A stretch of 64,000 nt of DNA. Origin: Camelus ferus. Lineage: Eukaryota. Below, piece by piece: positions 1 to 11,391 of the stretch (its first letter is position 1; each line of letters opens with the position of its first letter). Position numbers and translations under genes: made by a program. The notes below the pieces were generated by a model that made no database searches, had not been told where the DNA came from, and saw nothing but the letters and a program-made list of their open reading frames with translations. The stretch spans positions 22,756,001 to 22,820,000 of the forward strand of contig NC_045697.1 in NCBI RefSeq assembly GCF_009834535.1, in the 5' to 3' direction.

Positions 1-454
1 GATACTAAACATCTGTACTATAAAAAGTAAAATAAAATATTTCCATTTTTCCTTCAGAATGGGAAAAATAAAATAAAATGAAAATAAGTTTTAACAAAGT
101 TAAAGAGAGACAGAAACATTTATCTGTCTGGGAAATATTAATTTTATAGTAATTTGGAGTATCTATTTATATTTAAATAATATACATCTGATCTAGAAAT
201 TTTATTTCTAAAAATGATCCTACCAAAGCCTTAGTATTTATGCTTAGAAATTTTATACAAAGGGGTTTATATTGTGTATCAGAGTAAAGCAATGGAAACA
301 ATATAGACGTACATCAATTAATGAATGATTTTTTAAAGACACAATCCCCATTGATTTATTGTAAGCAAGTTATATAAGTTGCTATTTCTTTGAACAAAAA
401 GAAGGAAAAATTAATATGGTACTGACTGGTAAGAATTTCTTTTGCATTAGCATC

Positions 455-897
455 TTTTTAAAAAATATATTGAACTATAGCTGCTGTACAATACTGTATA
501 AGCTACAGGTGTACTATATAGTGATTCACAATTTTTAAAGATTCTACTCCATTTATAGTTATTATAAAATATTGGCTATATCCCCATGTTGTAAAATATA
601 TCCTTATAGCTTATTTTATACATAATGGTTTGTACCTTTCACTTCCCTACCCCTAAATAGTACCCCCTTCCCTCTCCCCACAGGTAACCACTAGTTTGTT
701 CTCTATATCTGTGAGTCTGCTTTTTTTGTTATATTCACTGGTTTGTTGTAATTTTTAGGTTCCACATATAAGTGATATCATACAGTATTTGTCTTTCTCT
801 GTCTGACTTACTTCACTTAGCATAATGCCCTCCAGATCCATCCATGTTGCTGCAGATGGGAAAATTTCATTCCTTTATTATGGCCGAGTGATATTCT

Positions 898-962
<65 letters not shown>

Positions 963-1016
963 CGCATCTTCTTCATCTATTCATCTGTTGACAGACATTT
1001 AGATTACTTCCATATC
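455..1016 (-). mobile_element. LINE-1 3' end (5'-truncated, artiodactyl/L1MA-like)
   Basis: Antisense L1 3'UTR/ORF2-end motifs (ggtaaccactagtttgttctctatatctgtgagtctg; tacagtatttgtctttctctgtctgacttacttcacttagcataatgccctccagatccatccatgttgctgca). Probable TSD ttagcat at 447-453 and 1017-1023. Confidence 0.9.
901..958. repeat. compound microsatellite (GT)16(AT)13 inside L1
   Basis: Read directly from the sequence. Confidence 0.97.
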
Positions 1017-1036
1017 TTAGCATTTTTAATTAACTA

Positions 1037-1220
1037 TTTTCCAGCCTTATTGAGATATAGTTCACTCAACATAGTGAGTTTAAGGTGTACAATATGCTGA
1101 TTTGGTACATTTATGGATTGCAAAATGATTACTACCATAGTATTAGCCACCACCTGCATCCTGCACACAGTTGCCATTTCTTTTTTTGTGCTGGGACATT
1201 TAAGATCTACTCTCGTAGCA
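1037..1220 (-). mobile_element. LINE-1 3' end fragment (L1MA9-like)
   Basis: ttattgagatatagtt...tttaaggtgtacaatatgctgatttggtacat...catttaagatctactctc matches the antisense L1MA 3' terminus. Confidence 0.8.
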
Positions 1221-1454
1221 AGTAAATGTTTAATTATGGCATATTCAACATTACAATGTCTGGTGCAGAGTGCACGTTCAATAAAAATCAGTGATTATTA
1301 TAAATCAATAAAAATAAGCCAGTAAATTAGGCTTAATTGATTAATAAATATTTGGTTTACTATTTGTGAACATGAATTTAAGTAAAGTTTAAAATCTTAT
1401 TTTCTCTATTGAAATCCTTCCTGAATTGATTTGTACATTAAATGTGATCACAAA

Positions 1455-1812
1455 TAAAATCCTACAAGGCTTTTTTTGCAAACATTGACAAGCTGATTCT
1501 GAAATTTGTAGAGAAATGCAAATGATCTGGAATAGCCCAATAACTTTGAAAGAAAGGGGTCGAAGTTGGAAAAACTTATATTATCCAATTTTAGCACTTA
1601 TTACAAAACTAAAGTATTAAAGTGTAGTGACAGACAATAAATGAGACAGAGGAGTCCAAAAATAGACTTACATATATCTGATCAATTGATTTTCAACAAA
1701 ATGTGCACAACTGAATGGCTAAAGCATAATCTTCAAAAATGATATTAAAACAATTGGCTAGTCATATGCAAAAAAAATATTTTCAATCTATACCTTGCAT
1801 TATATAAAATTC
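1455..1812 (+). mobile_element. old LINE-1 ORF2 fragment (L1M)
   Basis: attgacaagctgattctgaaattt...gaatagcc...agtccaaaaatagac...tcaattgattttcaacaaa are typical degraded L1 ORF2 motifs. Confidence 0.85.
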
Positions 1813-1924
1813 AAAAGCCAGGTTATTCCCCATTTTAAAACATTACTATTGTAATGGGCCCAGTTTGGAATCTTTATTATGAATTTGTTACTGAGATGTT
1901 CCAATTGGTACAATGAGGGAAAAA

Positions 1925-1965
1925 AAGAGGGGCAAGACACCCCACAGTTTTATTTTACTTTTATT
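1925..1965 (-). terminator. candidate polyadenylation site (two AATAAA followed by GU/U-rich element)
   Basis: Minus-strand AATAAA at 1965-1960 and 1954-1949, followed by ctgtggggtgtcttgcccctcttttttt. Confidence 0.3.
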
Positions 1966-2424
1966 ATTTGTTTTTATGAAGCCTGAGAGAAGTAATAGTG
2001 AGATATTGAGAGCAGTGCCCTGATCGTTCCATCACTGGTATAAAGAAGAAACAGCTTCTACAGCACGAGCCATACCAAAAATTATTAAGGGAGTCCTTGA
2101 ACCTGTACAAGAGATTAAGCTTGAATATCAAAAGCTATCCTCGGTTATCACCAAGATGCAGTAGGGAACACAGCTGACTGATTACATGGTCACATAGTGG
2201 GAACTCCTCTGTCATAAGAACCCAGTTATAAAAACTGACAGAAATGTGGTTTTTTTAGTTGTGGAAGGTGCAGCTGAATTAGAAAAGGCAATTAAGTTCC
2301 AAAATAAAAGTACACATTTGCTAAAGAATGCTAGTCAGCAGTTTGAACTCAAAATTTACATGAGGTGGAAACTGACAGCAACTCTGTGAAGTGACAAAAC
2401 CTCTAAGCAGGTGTAAACCGTGTG

Positions 2425-2512
2425 TCACAAGCCCCCAGACTTCTCTGGCAAGCATGTTTCTGCGAGACCATGCAGTTTTACTGGCGGGAGTGGAAGAGGT
2501 TGCAGATGCCAT
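2425..2512 (-). CDS. speculative terminal exon D of a hypothetical spliced transcript (WHLQPLPLPPVKLHGLAETCLPEKSGGL*)
   Basis: Strong acceptor ctgcctttttctttcacttaag| at 2513; phase-2 entry is open to TGA at 2427-2425; non-repeat, CpG-retaining sequence. No recognised homologue. Confidence 0.15.
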
Positions 2513-3874
2513 CTTAAGTGAAAGAAAAAGGCAGACTTCGGCGTCTCTAAAAATAATTTGAAGGAAGTATATACTGCAGAGATTTTTCCCCTCCCATCCC
2601 CCTGCCCCTCCTGCTTTTGAAAGAGGAAAATTTATACATTATGAAGACATTTTCAGAACAAGTGTCTAAAGATGTTTGGTTTTGTAGCATAGATTTAAAA
2701 TATTAAGTGTATTGGTTTATCTTCTCTTAACTGAGTGATAGGAGAAATTAATACTTGTGTATTTACACTTGGAACTCAGGAATATTTTTTGCACCTCAGT
2801 ACTCTTTTAGACTCTGAATAGTCTAGGAAAACTACCATTTTGTGATTCCCTATAAACACTGAAGGCTTAGAAAGTATCTCTATTTTACCCACATTTCACC
2901 ACTGCATCCACGGTCCTTTATAACACTAGCAACATTTCAGCCATATGCTCATTCTGACTGAAGACCACTTCATAAAACATCATAAACATAAACATCATAG
3001 TAATAATGCAAAATTTAAAAATTTAAATTAAAATTTTCTTGAAGCTTTCAACTTTTAAACATAAATGGTGTGTATTTCAGAACTCATTAATTTCAAATAT
3101 TTTCAAAGATGAAAATCGCAATAATACGGTAAACATCCTTTGAGGTTAAAAGAACGTTAGATGGTATCACTTCTACCATTCCTGGCTGCTGTCTTCTACC
3201 AATCAGTACATTGCTTCTATGTTTACTTAAAATGCTTTGGTACCTGGCCTTATGAGCTCCCCCATTACCTTAATTCTTACCATCATCTTAGACAACATCA
3301 AGAAATTTTTAAAATTTTTTCTTAATCTGGATTTATCTATCTTACCTTTAAAAATTGAGCTCTGCACATCAAAGTTGGTGATGACAGTTTTCCATTTTCC
3401 TCCTTGCCTCTTGTGTTATTCCTAGAAGAGTGTGTCTTTGGCATCAGTGGGAATTTCTTTACCTTGGCTTCTTTACTTTATCCTTTTTATGAGTTCTTCC
3501 AAGCTTTACTTTGGTCTTTATTAATCCTGGACACTTTGATCACTCCCTTGTTTATCCCTCAAGTTCTTTGCTCTGTGGTTTTGATCACAATCAGCCCACA
3601 GAAATTTTGTTCAGGATTCATTTCCCTGCACTCTCTCCTCCTGTATTTGACATCCTGATGCAGCCAGCACAAAATAATCACATAACCTCGAATTTTGCTA
3701 ATAGAAGAAATCCATCATTTCCTGGCTTATCTGAGCCGTAAAAGCGTTTAAGGAATTGTTTCTTTTTCTCCCACTCACCTGCCTCTCTTGTTCTTCACAA
3801 AGCAATTTCAAATCTCCCCCACTCTCCTCAAATTCCTTGTCCCATCAAAACAAGCTTGATCTCAGTAATAATAC

Positions 3875-4060
3875 CACTACAGTTTTCTAGGTACTCAGTA
3901 TCCTGAACAATCTACTAAACCCTCTACAGACATCACCTCATTTTAACCTCTCAATAGTCTGCTGAAGAGGTTTTAATATTATCATTTTACTGAGAGTAAA
4001 CTAAAGAGTAACGTCAAGGTTCTGTAATGAATAATAGTTGAATCTTGAATTTGAACTTGC
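3875..4060 (-). mobile_element. MIR SINE fragment
   Basis: ctcattttaacctctcaatagtc...attatcattttactgagagtaaact...gaatttgaac resembles the antisense MIR core. Confidence 0.6.
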
Positions 4061-4597
4061 AACCTCATGATCTTAAATGCCGCTTCAGCAAAACAAACAA
4101 ACAAAAAAGAGTGCCCCTTTCTTTAGTGAGAATTGAGAATCCATTAGATGAGAACTTCCGTGTTAAATGCATTTGGTTGTTTCTGTTTTGCATTTTCTCC
4201 TGATACTGTCAAAGTTGTTCTGCTTCCTGAGTTTATGGGCCCCTAATCTTTTCCTCTTCTGTCTACACAGATGCTTCTCTTTTGTACAGTCCATTTTCTC
4301 TTCTATGGCTTCAAATCCCACCCCCATCCTCTCTATGACATCAAACAATAATGATGTGAATACCAATAATCAAGTTCTATGTTAAAACGTCAAAAGAAAA
4401 TGATCACTCTTTAAATACTATTCTAAGGATCTGGTCCTTACATAGTGAAGTTTTAAAGGGTGATTTATAGTCAATATCTACTCCCCCTTCCATCCCTTTC
4501 CCTGTTTTATATGGTAAAATTGAGTTCCACTTATTTTTCACTAAAATGGTTTCCACCTGGTCACCAAAAAACTTACTGGAGAATCCCACATGAACCA

Positions 4598-5050
4598 CAG
4601 AACTTCCTCCAATCATGATGGGGTTACATCCTGAAAAAACAATCATATGTTCAAAATATCATAAATTGAAAATGCACTTAATACACACTAACCTACCAAG
4701 CATCAGAGCTTAGCCTAGCCTGCCTTAAAAGTGCTCAGAGCCTGCCATCAGGCAAAGTTATCTTAACACAAAGCCTACTTTATAATAGTGTTGAATATCT
4801 TATGTAATGTGTTGAATACCATACTAAAAGTGAAAAACAGAATGGTTGATGGGTACAGAATGGTTATTAAGTGTTCCCATTGTTTACTCTCGTGATTGCT
4901 TGGCTGTCTGGGAGCTGCAGCAGCATTTCCAGAGGGTATCACTAGCCCAGGAAAAGATCAAAATCCAAAATTCGAAGTATGATTTCCACTAAATGTGTAT
5001 CGCTTTCACACCATTATAAAGCAGATAAATAGTAAGTCAAAGGCCATCTA
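4598..5050 (+). mobile_element. MER47/Tigger5-family DNA transposon (TcMar-Tigger), non-autonomous
   Basis: gatggggttacatcc...gaaaatgcacttaatacac...cttagcctagcctgcctt...gtgttgaatatc...gtgaaaaacagaatggttg...tatcgctttcacaccat...gtaagtc matches the MER47 consensus at both ends. Confidence 0.88.
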
Positions 5051-5089
5051 TATTTCTTCATGTTTCTTAAGTACTTTGGAATATCCCCC

Positions 5090-5657
5090 TGCTAGTTTTA
5101 TATGGCTGTGTAACAAATTACGAAAATCTTAGTAACATACTTTTTTTTATCTTAAAGCAACATTCATTATTATTTCACAGTTCTGTAGGTCATGAAACTG
5201 GGCATGGAATCTCTAAGTTCTCCAGTCAAGGTCTCACAACACTGAAATCAAAGTGTTGGCCAGACTGCGTTCTCATCTAGAGCTCAGGGTCCACTTCCAA
5301 TGTCATCCAAGTTGAAGAGCAGAGGTGCGTGTTTTCCTACTGGATAATGACTGGAGGTTGTTCTCTGTTCGTAGAGGAAGCACTTACATCCTAGACATGG
5401 GGCCTTTCTCATAAAATAGTATCTTTCTTCTTCAAAGCCAGCAGGAGAATCTGCCTCTAGTTTGTTATAGAAATATCTTAGTAAATAATCACAAATAATG
5501 ACTACATTTGCCCTAAAGTTAATCTAGCCAGGGAGAGAGGCTACCCCATCACATTCCTAGGTAGTGTCCACATTAAAGAGGAGGAGGTCCAACTGGGAGG
5601 GCATTTATATAACCAGCTAGGAATCCTGGGGGCCAGTTTAGAATTCTACTTACCACA
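5090..5657 (-). mobile_element. MaLR solo LTR (MLT1E/F-like)
   Basis: gctgtgtaacaaattac...tcacagttctgtaggtca...ctgaaatcaaagtgttggccag...gggggccagtttagaattctacttaccaca is the reverse complement of an MLT1 LTR. Confidence 0.85.
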
Positions 5658-7600
5658 GTTTCCTCTTTGAAATGTTCTCATTCTTCATTTCCTCTGACAG
5701 CACACTTACATAGTTTTTTCTTTTTATTTCAAACTTGTCTTCCAGATATTGTTTTTCATGGCTTGCCCTTAAAATATTTAATATAATCCACTCCCAAGCT
5801 CTAGTCTCCCGTCTGTAATCTGATGCCACTAAAATGTGTATCTCCTTTCATGAACCCTCTTGTTCTTCAAATTCAAGCATCTAACTACTTATTCTCCATT
5901 GCCACCCCAACCTGGTTGACCAAAGCAATATCGACTTATAGAATTAATTCATTATTATATCCTTCTCATCCCTAACTCAAATACACACACACAGTCTCTT
6001 CTTCAGTGGCTAGCACTTTTAGTGAATAAAATAAAAACAGCATTCAAATAGTAGCCCATAGGTACTGGAAGTCTGCTACATTCTTTGATTGCTCTTTGCC
6101 CAGCATGCCCAATCAATCATGAAATATTTCCACATCTTTAATAACTCTCTTGTCTATCCAATCATAACCACCAATATATTTTATCCAACTAGACAAAAAT
6201 CTTTTTTTCTCTAGATTGATTCCAGGAACAATATTTCTAATTGTTCAGACTTTTCCTTTTAAAACTCTTCAATACTCTCTTTTTCTGATCTCAGAGAGAA
6301 ACCTAAACTCCTTGGAATGGCATTTAAAGACCCTTCAAGGCTTGGATCCTGTTTAGATCTCTAGTCTCAAAATTAAACATTTCTTAACACTTAGAAATTT
6401 TGCTCCAGGTCTACTAAATTACTTGTAAATGTATTAACATTTCTTTCCTGTGCTTGCAGACCGCAACTTTGATCATGCTATTGCCTTGATTGACTGGAAC
6501 ATTGCAGAACAATCTATTTCTTTTTTGGCTGACTGACTCATTCTGGAGTCACAACTTGGACTTCAGCTTTGATGGGGAGCCTACTCTTACCATTCTTTAA
6601 TAAACATGGTTAGAAATCTGTCTTACATGCTTATCCCTAATAAATGACTTATCATTTTTATTAAAATCATTCATTTTACTTATGGTCTCAATAGAAATAA
6701 TTATATTGAACAATCATACACTAAGTGAATGAATCTTAAAGGATGAGTAAGCAAGAGAAAGGGTAAGAAGACGTATATACAGGGAAATAGAACCACATTA
6801 TTAAAGTCATAAGTATAGTGTACTTGGGATACACAAGTAGTCAGTAATGTAGAGTATGAATTATAAAGATCAGATGGTATTTAGGAGTACTGAAGAGTGA
6901 GCTCACAGTGAAGAGTCATTAATACCTCTTCTTAATCTTGTAGTCTGAGAGGAGCCACTGAAAGTTTGTAAGCATCAACAGGTCATATCCATCCTTTCCT
7001 GTTAAATCAATTATAAAGACCAGGTGAAAGAAATATAGATCAGGGGTGGCAATCCTGTAGGAAGACAGATTAGGGGACTTTGATGCGATCAAGGGGAGTG
7101 ATGATTTGAGCATGAAAACATAAGACTGGAGAGGAAACAACAGATTGGAAGAACAGGAGATTAAAAGTTAAAATGCTAATAGGCGAATGTTTATTTTATC
7201 CTATTATTTGAACAAAATTTCATGTGCACATACATGTATTCAAGAAATAGCTCAGAGATATTCTGCATATTCCTCTAATACTTAATCAATCAATTTGAAA
7301 ACTCCTTCATAACAGGAATCATTATTTTTCTTAACCTGCATAACATCGGTGAACCTTGACTTTTAGTTACACACACATACAAATACACATATACCCAAAG
7401 CTCTACTGAATCTTTATGTGTCAAGTAGTAGTATACTTGTGTCTAATTACCTAGTTTATCCAGTAAATCACACCCTTTTATTTTTTATGCATAGTGTAAT
7501 TTCAGTTTTTGAAAATTCTGTCAAGATTGTGTATTTGAGCTACACCATCAGGGTTCTTCTTGAGGTTATCTTCTTGTCTTAATATTTACACCATCCAAGC

Positions 7601-7810
7601 CAGGACTGCCAAATAGAACTCTCTATAATGATGGTTATGTTCTATATCCGTTCTGTTTAAATATGGTAGATATTAACTACAGATGACTGTTGAGCCTTTG
7701 GAATGTGGTTAATATATCTGAGGTACTGAATTTTTAATTTGTTTGATTTTAATTAATTTAAGATTAAACAGCCACACATCACTAGTGGTTACATATTGGA
7801 CAGCACACAG
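7601..7810 (+). mobile_element. MER3 (hAT-Charlie) DNA transposon
   Basis: aatagaactctctataatgatgg...gttctatatc...actgaatttttaattt...agccacac...ctagtggttacatattggacagcac follows the MER3 consensus over about 200 bp. Confidence 0.88.
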
Positions 7811-8002
7811 CTCAGCTTTTAAGCCCCAGCCTTCTTACAGCTGGAAATCATTGGAAGTTGGGTTGCTGTAATTTGATTCAGCTGGACTAAAATTAAAAAT
7901 ACATTTATGAACACTCCTTTGCATGCTCAACATTGTGCATACAGCTGCAAAACAAAGATGAAAGCACTGAAACTCTCAGGCTCTACCTTTAAGGAACTGT
8001 GC

Positions 8003-8199
8003 ACCACAGCTTGTGGCCAAATCCTGTCTGCCACCTGCTAGTGCAAATATGATGTTGCTGGAACAGAACCACACCCTTCCTTATTGTCTATGGATGCTTT
8101 GGGGCTATGATAGCAGATTTCATTAGTTGCAACTTAGGCTGTATGACCATCAAAGCCTAAAATGTTTACATTCTGGCCTGTTACGGAGACAGTTTGCTG
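8003..8199 (+). mobile_element. MER58A (hAT-Charlie) DNA transposon
   Basis: ggccaaatcctgtctgccacctg...tggaacag...tattgtctatgg...tagttgcaac...aaagcctaaaatgtttac...tctggcc...agtttgctg. Confidence 0.85.
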
Positions 8200-9195
8200 G
8201 GTGTGATTTGGTGGGTCACAGGTACGAAAACAGGTATTTAGAACAGAGTGAAACAAATTTAACAACAGAAATGGGCAAATAATACAGAGGCACTAGGGCC
8301 ATGCATGATTGACTCTGGCTAAGTTGTTCAGGAAAGGAATCAGGGACAAGGGATGACTGAGTTAATTCTGATTGATGACTAGGACTTTTTCAGAACAGAG
8401 AGTAAAGGCAGTGTTTGGCGAGTCTCTTTGTATTTAGTGAATGAGGAATAAAATAATCTTACCATTTATAAATAAAAAAATAAATCTCATTTTTAAAAAT
8501 TTTTCCTCACAACTGCTATTTAATTTAACATTAAGTTGAGCTTTAAAAAAATTTTACACTGGAAAGTGCCTAAACCTTTACAGACGTGTATACCTCCAGT
8601 TAGTATCACTTAATGAAAAAAACAAAATTTTTTATCTTCATTTATATATTTTTTAGAGTTAAAATTGAGCAGTAATTTTTAACACTCAATATTTATAAAG
8701 AAAGACTTTCTAATAGCACACGATAATTATTCTCTTATGGTGAGTGAAGGAGTTCACGGATATAGGTACTCCATTGAAAATATATATTTTTTTATATCAT
8801 TGCCTAAAATTTGGAGAGGACCCAAAGGGAGATACTTATGACTTAAGCAGAAAAAGGGTATTATAATTTCAGAACCTGGGCTACACAGAACTTTCTAGCC
8901 TAAAACAAGCATACTGAGTTTAAATTTGAAGCATGAAGGACCCAATGTCAATATTGTACTAGAGATTTAAATATTAGCAAAAGTTAGACTCCATCTTTTA
9001 AAGAAAATGAAATTTCACGTGATCAGAATTATTCGCCTATATTTTTCTGAGCCTGTATGAGGTTATTTGCTTTTCTTTGCAGCAGATATTTCCCATTTCT
9101 ACCATCGGGGGAATAGCTCTGTGGTTTGGGTGGAGCAGTGAGGGCGATCACATTTCCTGTCCACAGCCATTGGTTCAGATAACCTCAATTTAATC

Positions 9196-9325
9196 TTTTT
9201 TGGGTTATTTTATGGGGCGGGTAATTAGGTTTATTTATTTATTTTTAGTGGAGATTCCAGCAATTGAGCCCCGGGCCCCATGCATGCTCAGCATGCCCTG
9301 TACCACTTGAGCTATACTCTACCCC
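9196..9325 (-). mobile_element. camelid tRNA-derived SINE (vic-1-like)
   Basis: Reverse complement reads ggggtagagtatagctcaagtggtacagggcatgctgagcatgcatggggcccggggctcaatt...aaataaataaacctaattaccc. TSD tcaatttaa(t/c)ct at about 9185 and 9327. Confidence 0.9.
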
Positions 9326-9742
9326 TTCAATTTAACCTTCCCTGCATGTAGCATTGCCTGAAGGTAGATATTCCTGAAGGGCGGCTCAGCCAATGAAAAC
9401 TCAAAATAGTTTTTAGCGGTTGTGACGGAGAACACTTTCTCTTCCTACCAACGTGAAAGAAGCGTGTTACCGCTTGGTGAATGTGCGAGAAGGCAGCCCA
9501 AAAATGAAGCTAACGGGTGCAAAGAAACATAAGGCCGACAGGAGAACATCTGTGTATCAGTGATTGTAGAGAAAATAACAAAAGTAGAAGAGGAATACTG
9601 AAGTGAAAAACAAGTCCCCTCAATGAAAAAAGCTTTACTAATTCAATGTCTTACGTAAAACAAGGTTAATGACTGGAGGGAAATGCTGTAATTTCTAGGT
9701 GCAAATAAGAAATAGCCAATAACTGTTTGCACCTGGACTTTC

Positions 9743-9766
9743 AAAGCATGGTTTCCTTAGTAAGAT
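9743..9766 (+). repeat. 24-bp direct repeat, copy 1 (aaagcatggtttccttagtaagat)
   Basis: Identical to 11368-11391. Confidence 0.92.
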
Positions 9767-11078
9767 AGTGCCGTGTCTCTAAGAGTTTATTTAGAGTATT
9801 AAGTAATTTAGAGTTACATGGCTTAACTGCTAAAGTCAAGTGCGTATAAAAATACCTTTTAATTTCCTATCCCGTCAATACAGTTTTCATCTACATGCAT
9901 CAAAAATTGCCTTTGTAATGTCATATTTTAAACCGTATCTTTATTAGCATTATAATCATTGCCATCATTATTTGATTTAACTTTTCAGAACATTGTTATT
10001 GGATAAATTGTGGAATTTTACTCATAGCATAGGTTGAAGGTCAAATGTAAATTTATCAAATAACAGGTATATAGCTAATATTTACTTCTAAATGTTTACT
10101 CTGTATATAGAGCATCAGTGTGTCATGAAAAGAATGTTGCATACATTGACAACATCAACACTTTTTTTCTGGATATAACAGGGAAACATTAAATATGAAG
10201 CAACATCAGCATTCTTGAAAGTTGAGAAAAGAAGTATTTTATTTACAGCTATCAAGAGAGTGATCATGAGAGAAAACCGACTTGCATATCATGAATGACT
10301 CATATGCACTGTTAACTTAGTTGCACTTTTAAATAATTTTATTTAGGATAATTACATCTATATTTGCATGTGATATTGATTATAAACATATTTTTAAAGT
10401 GACTTTTTGTGGATTGATAATCACACAAAGATTGCTGCACAAAGGTTGGTGATCTAAATAGAAAAAGAAACAGTAGACATGCTCTGTTCTTAGATTCGCA
10501 ATGCATAGACATGTTCTCAAAAGTCCTGCAGTAAAGAAAACTGTTAAACTTCATTTAATACAAACTTGTTTGAACTTATTTGGTTAATAAAACCTTGTGT
10601 ATTCCCTAAAGAACACTAATATTTATAACCTGGAACTATTATTGCACAAAATAGAAATTGGGACATGTTTTCCTCATGTTTGTTTGGTTATTTTAGCCAT
10701 TTCACTTTGAATACAAATATTTTCAATCCCCTGGTTTGATTTTTCCTTTGAGGCCTGTTGATTCAGTTAGTTCCACCATAAATACTAATTTTCTTAACTT
10801 AATCTAGCCTCAGTGGTAGGTTTGCTTTTCTTGTCTTAGGATACACACTACTGCGTTAAACAAAGGTTTCTATTTGTGTAAGGTAGCGATGCCCTCTGAA
10901 TTACAAGATAGTTATTAAATGCCAACATTTTTAAAAGGTTAGAGGACGCTAGATCAATTCTTTTGATTTTGACTAATATTTGCACATGGATTTTTGCTTA
11001 AGTGGATTTTCCCTACGTATTAAAGCTTATACTTTGATATAAAAGGTAGTTGTAAATATATATGAATCTATTCTTAGG

Positions 11079-11152
11079 TATATGTGTATGTGTGTGTATA
11101 TATATATGTATATATATTTTATATATACATATATATATAAAATATACATATA
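11079..11152. repeat. degenerate (TG)/(TA) simple repeat
   Basis: Read directly from the sequence. Confidence 0.85.
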
Positions 11153-11367
11153 TTTTTTTTAAGTATTCCAAAATGTCTCCAAACAATGGAAATTTCTTAC
11201 ATAATGTTCGCATTGTTGCCCTGAATTCCATCCCACTCATCCTAGTCTAACATGAATATTGAGATAGGAAGAAGCATCTCTGTGGAAATCAGACTGGATA
11301 GATTTAAATGATTTGAGAATGTAATGCTGAATGTCAGAATCAGATTATACCAAAGTCTTGAAATTCT

Positions 11368-11391
11368 AAAGCATGGTTTCCTTAGTAAGAT
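11368..11391 (+). repeat. 24-bp direct repeat, copy 2
   Basis: Identical to 9743-9766. Confidence 0.92.

Noticed and set aside
825..1100. 91-aa ORF with CVCVCV/IYIYIY runs
   Set aside because: Translation of a microsatellite within an antisense L1.
10339..10470. Minus-strand acceptor tttctttttctatttag| at about 10454 with an open frame (SPTFVQQSLCDYQ...)
   Set aside because: No convincing donor, AT-rich codon usage, and not needed for the exon model. It remains at most an alternative terminal exon.
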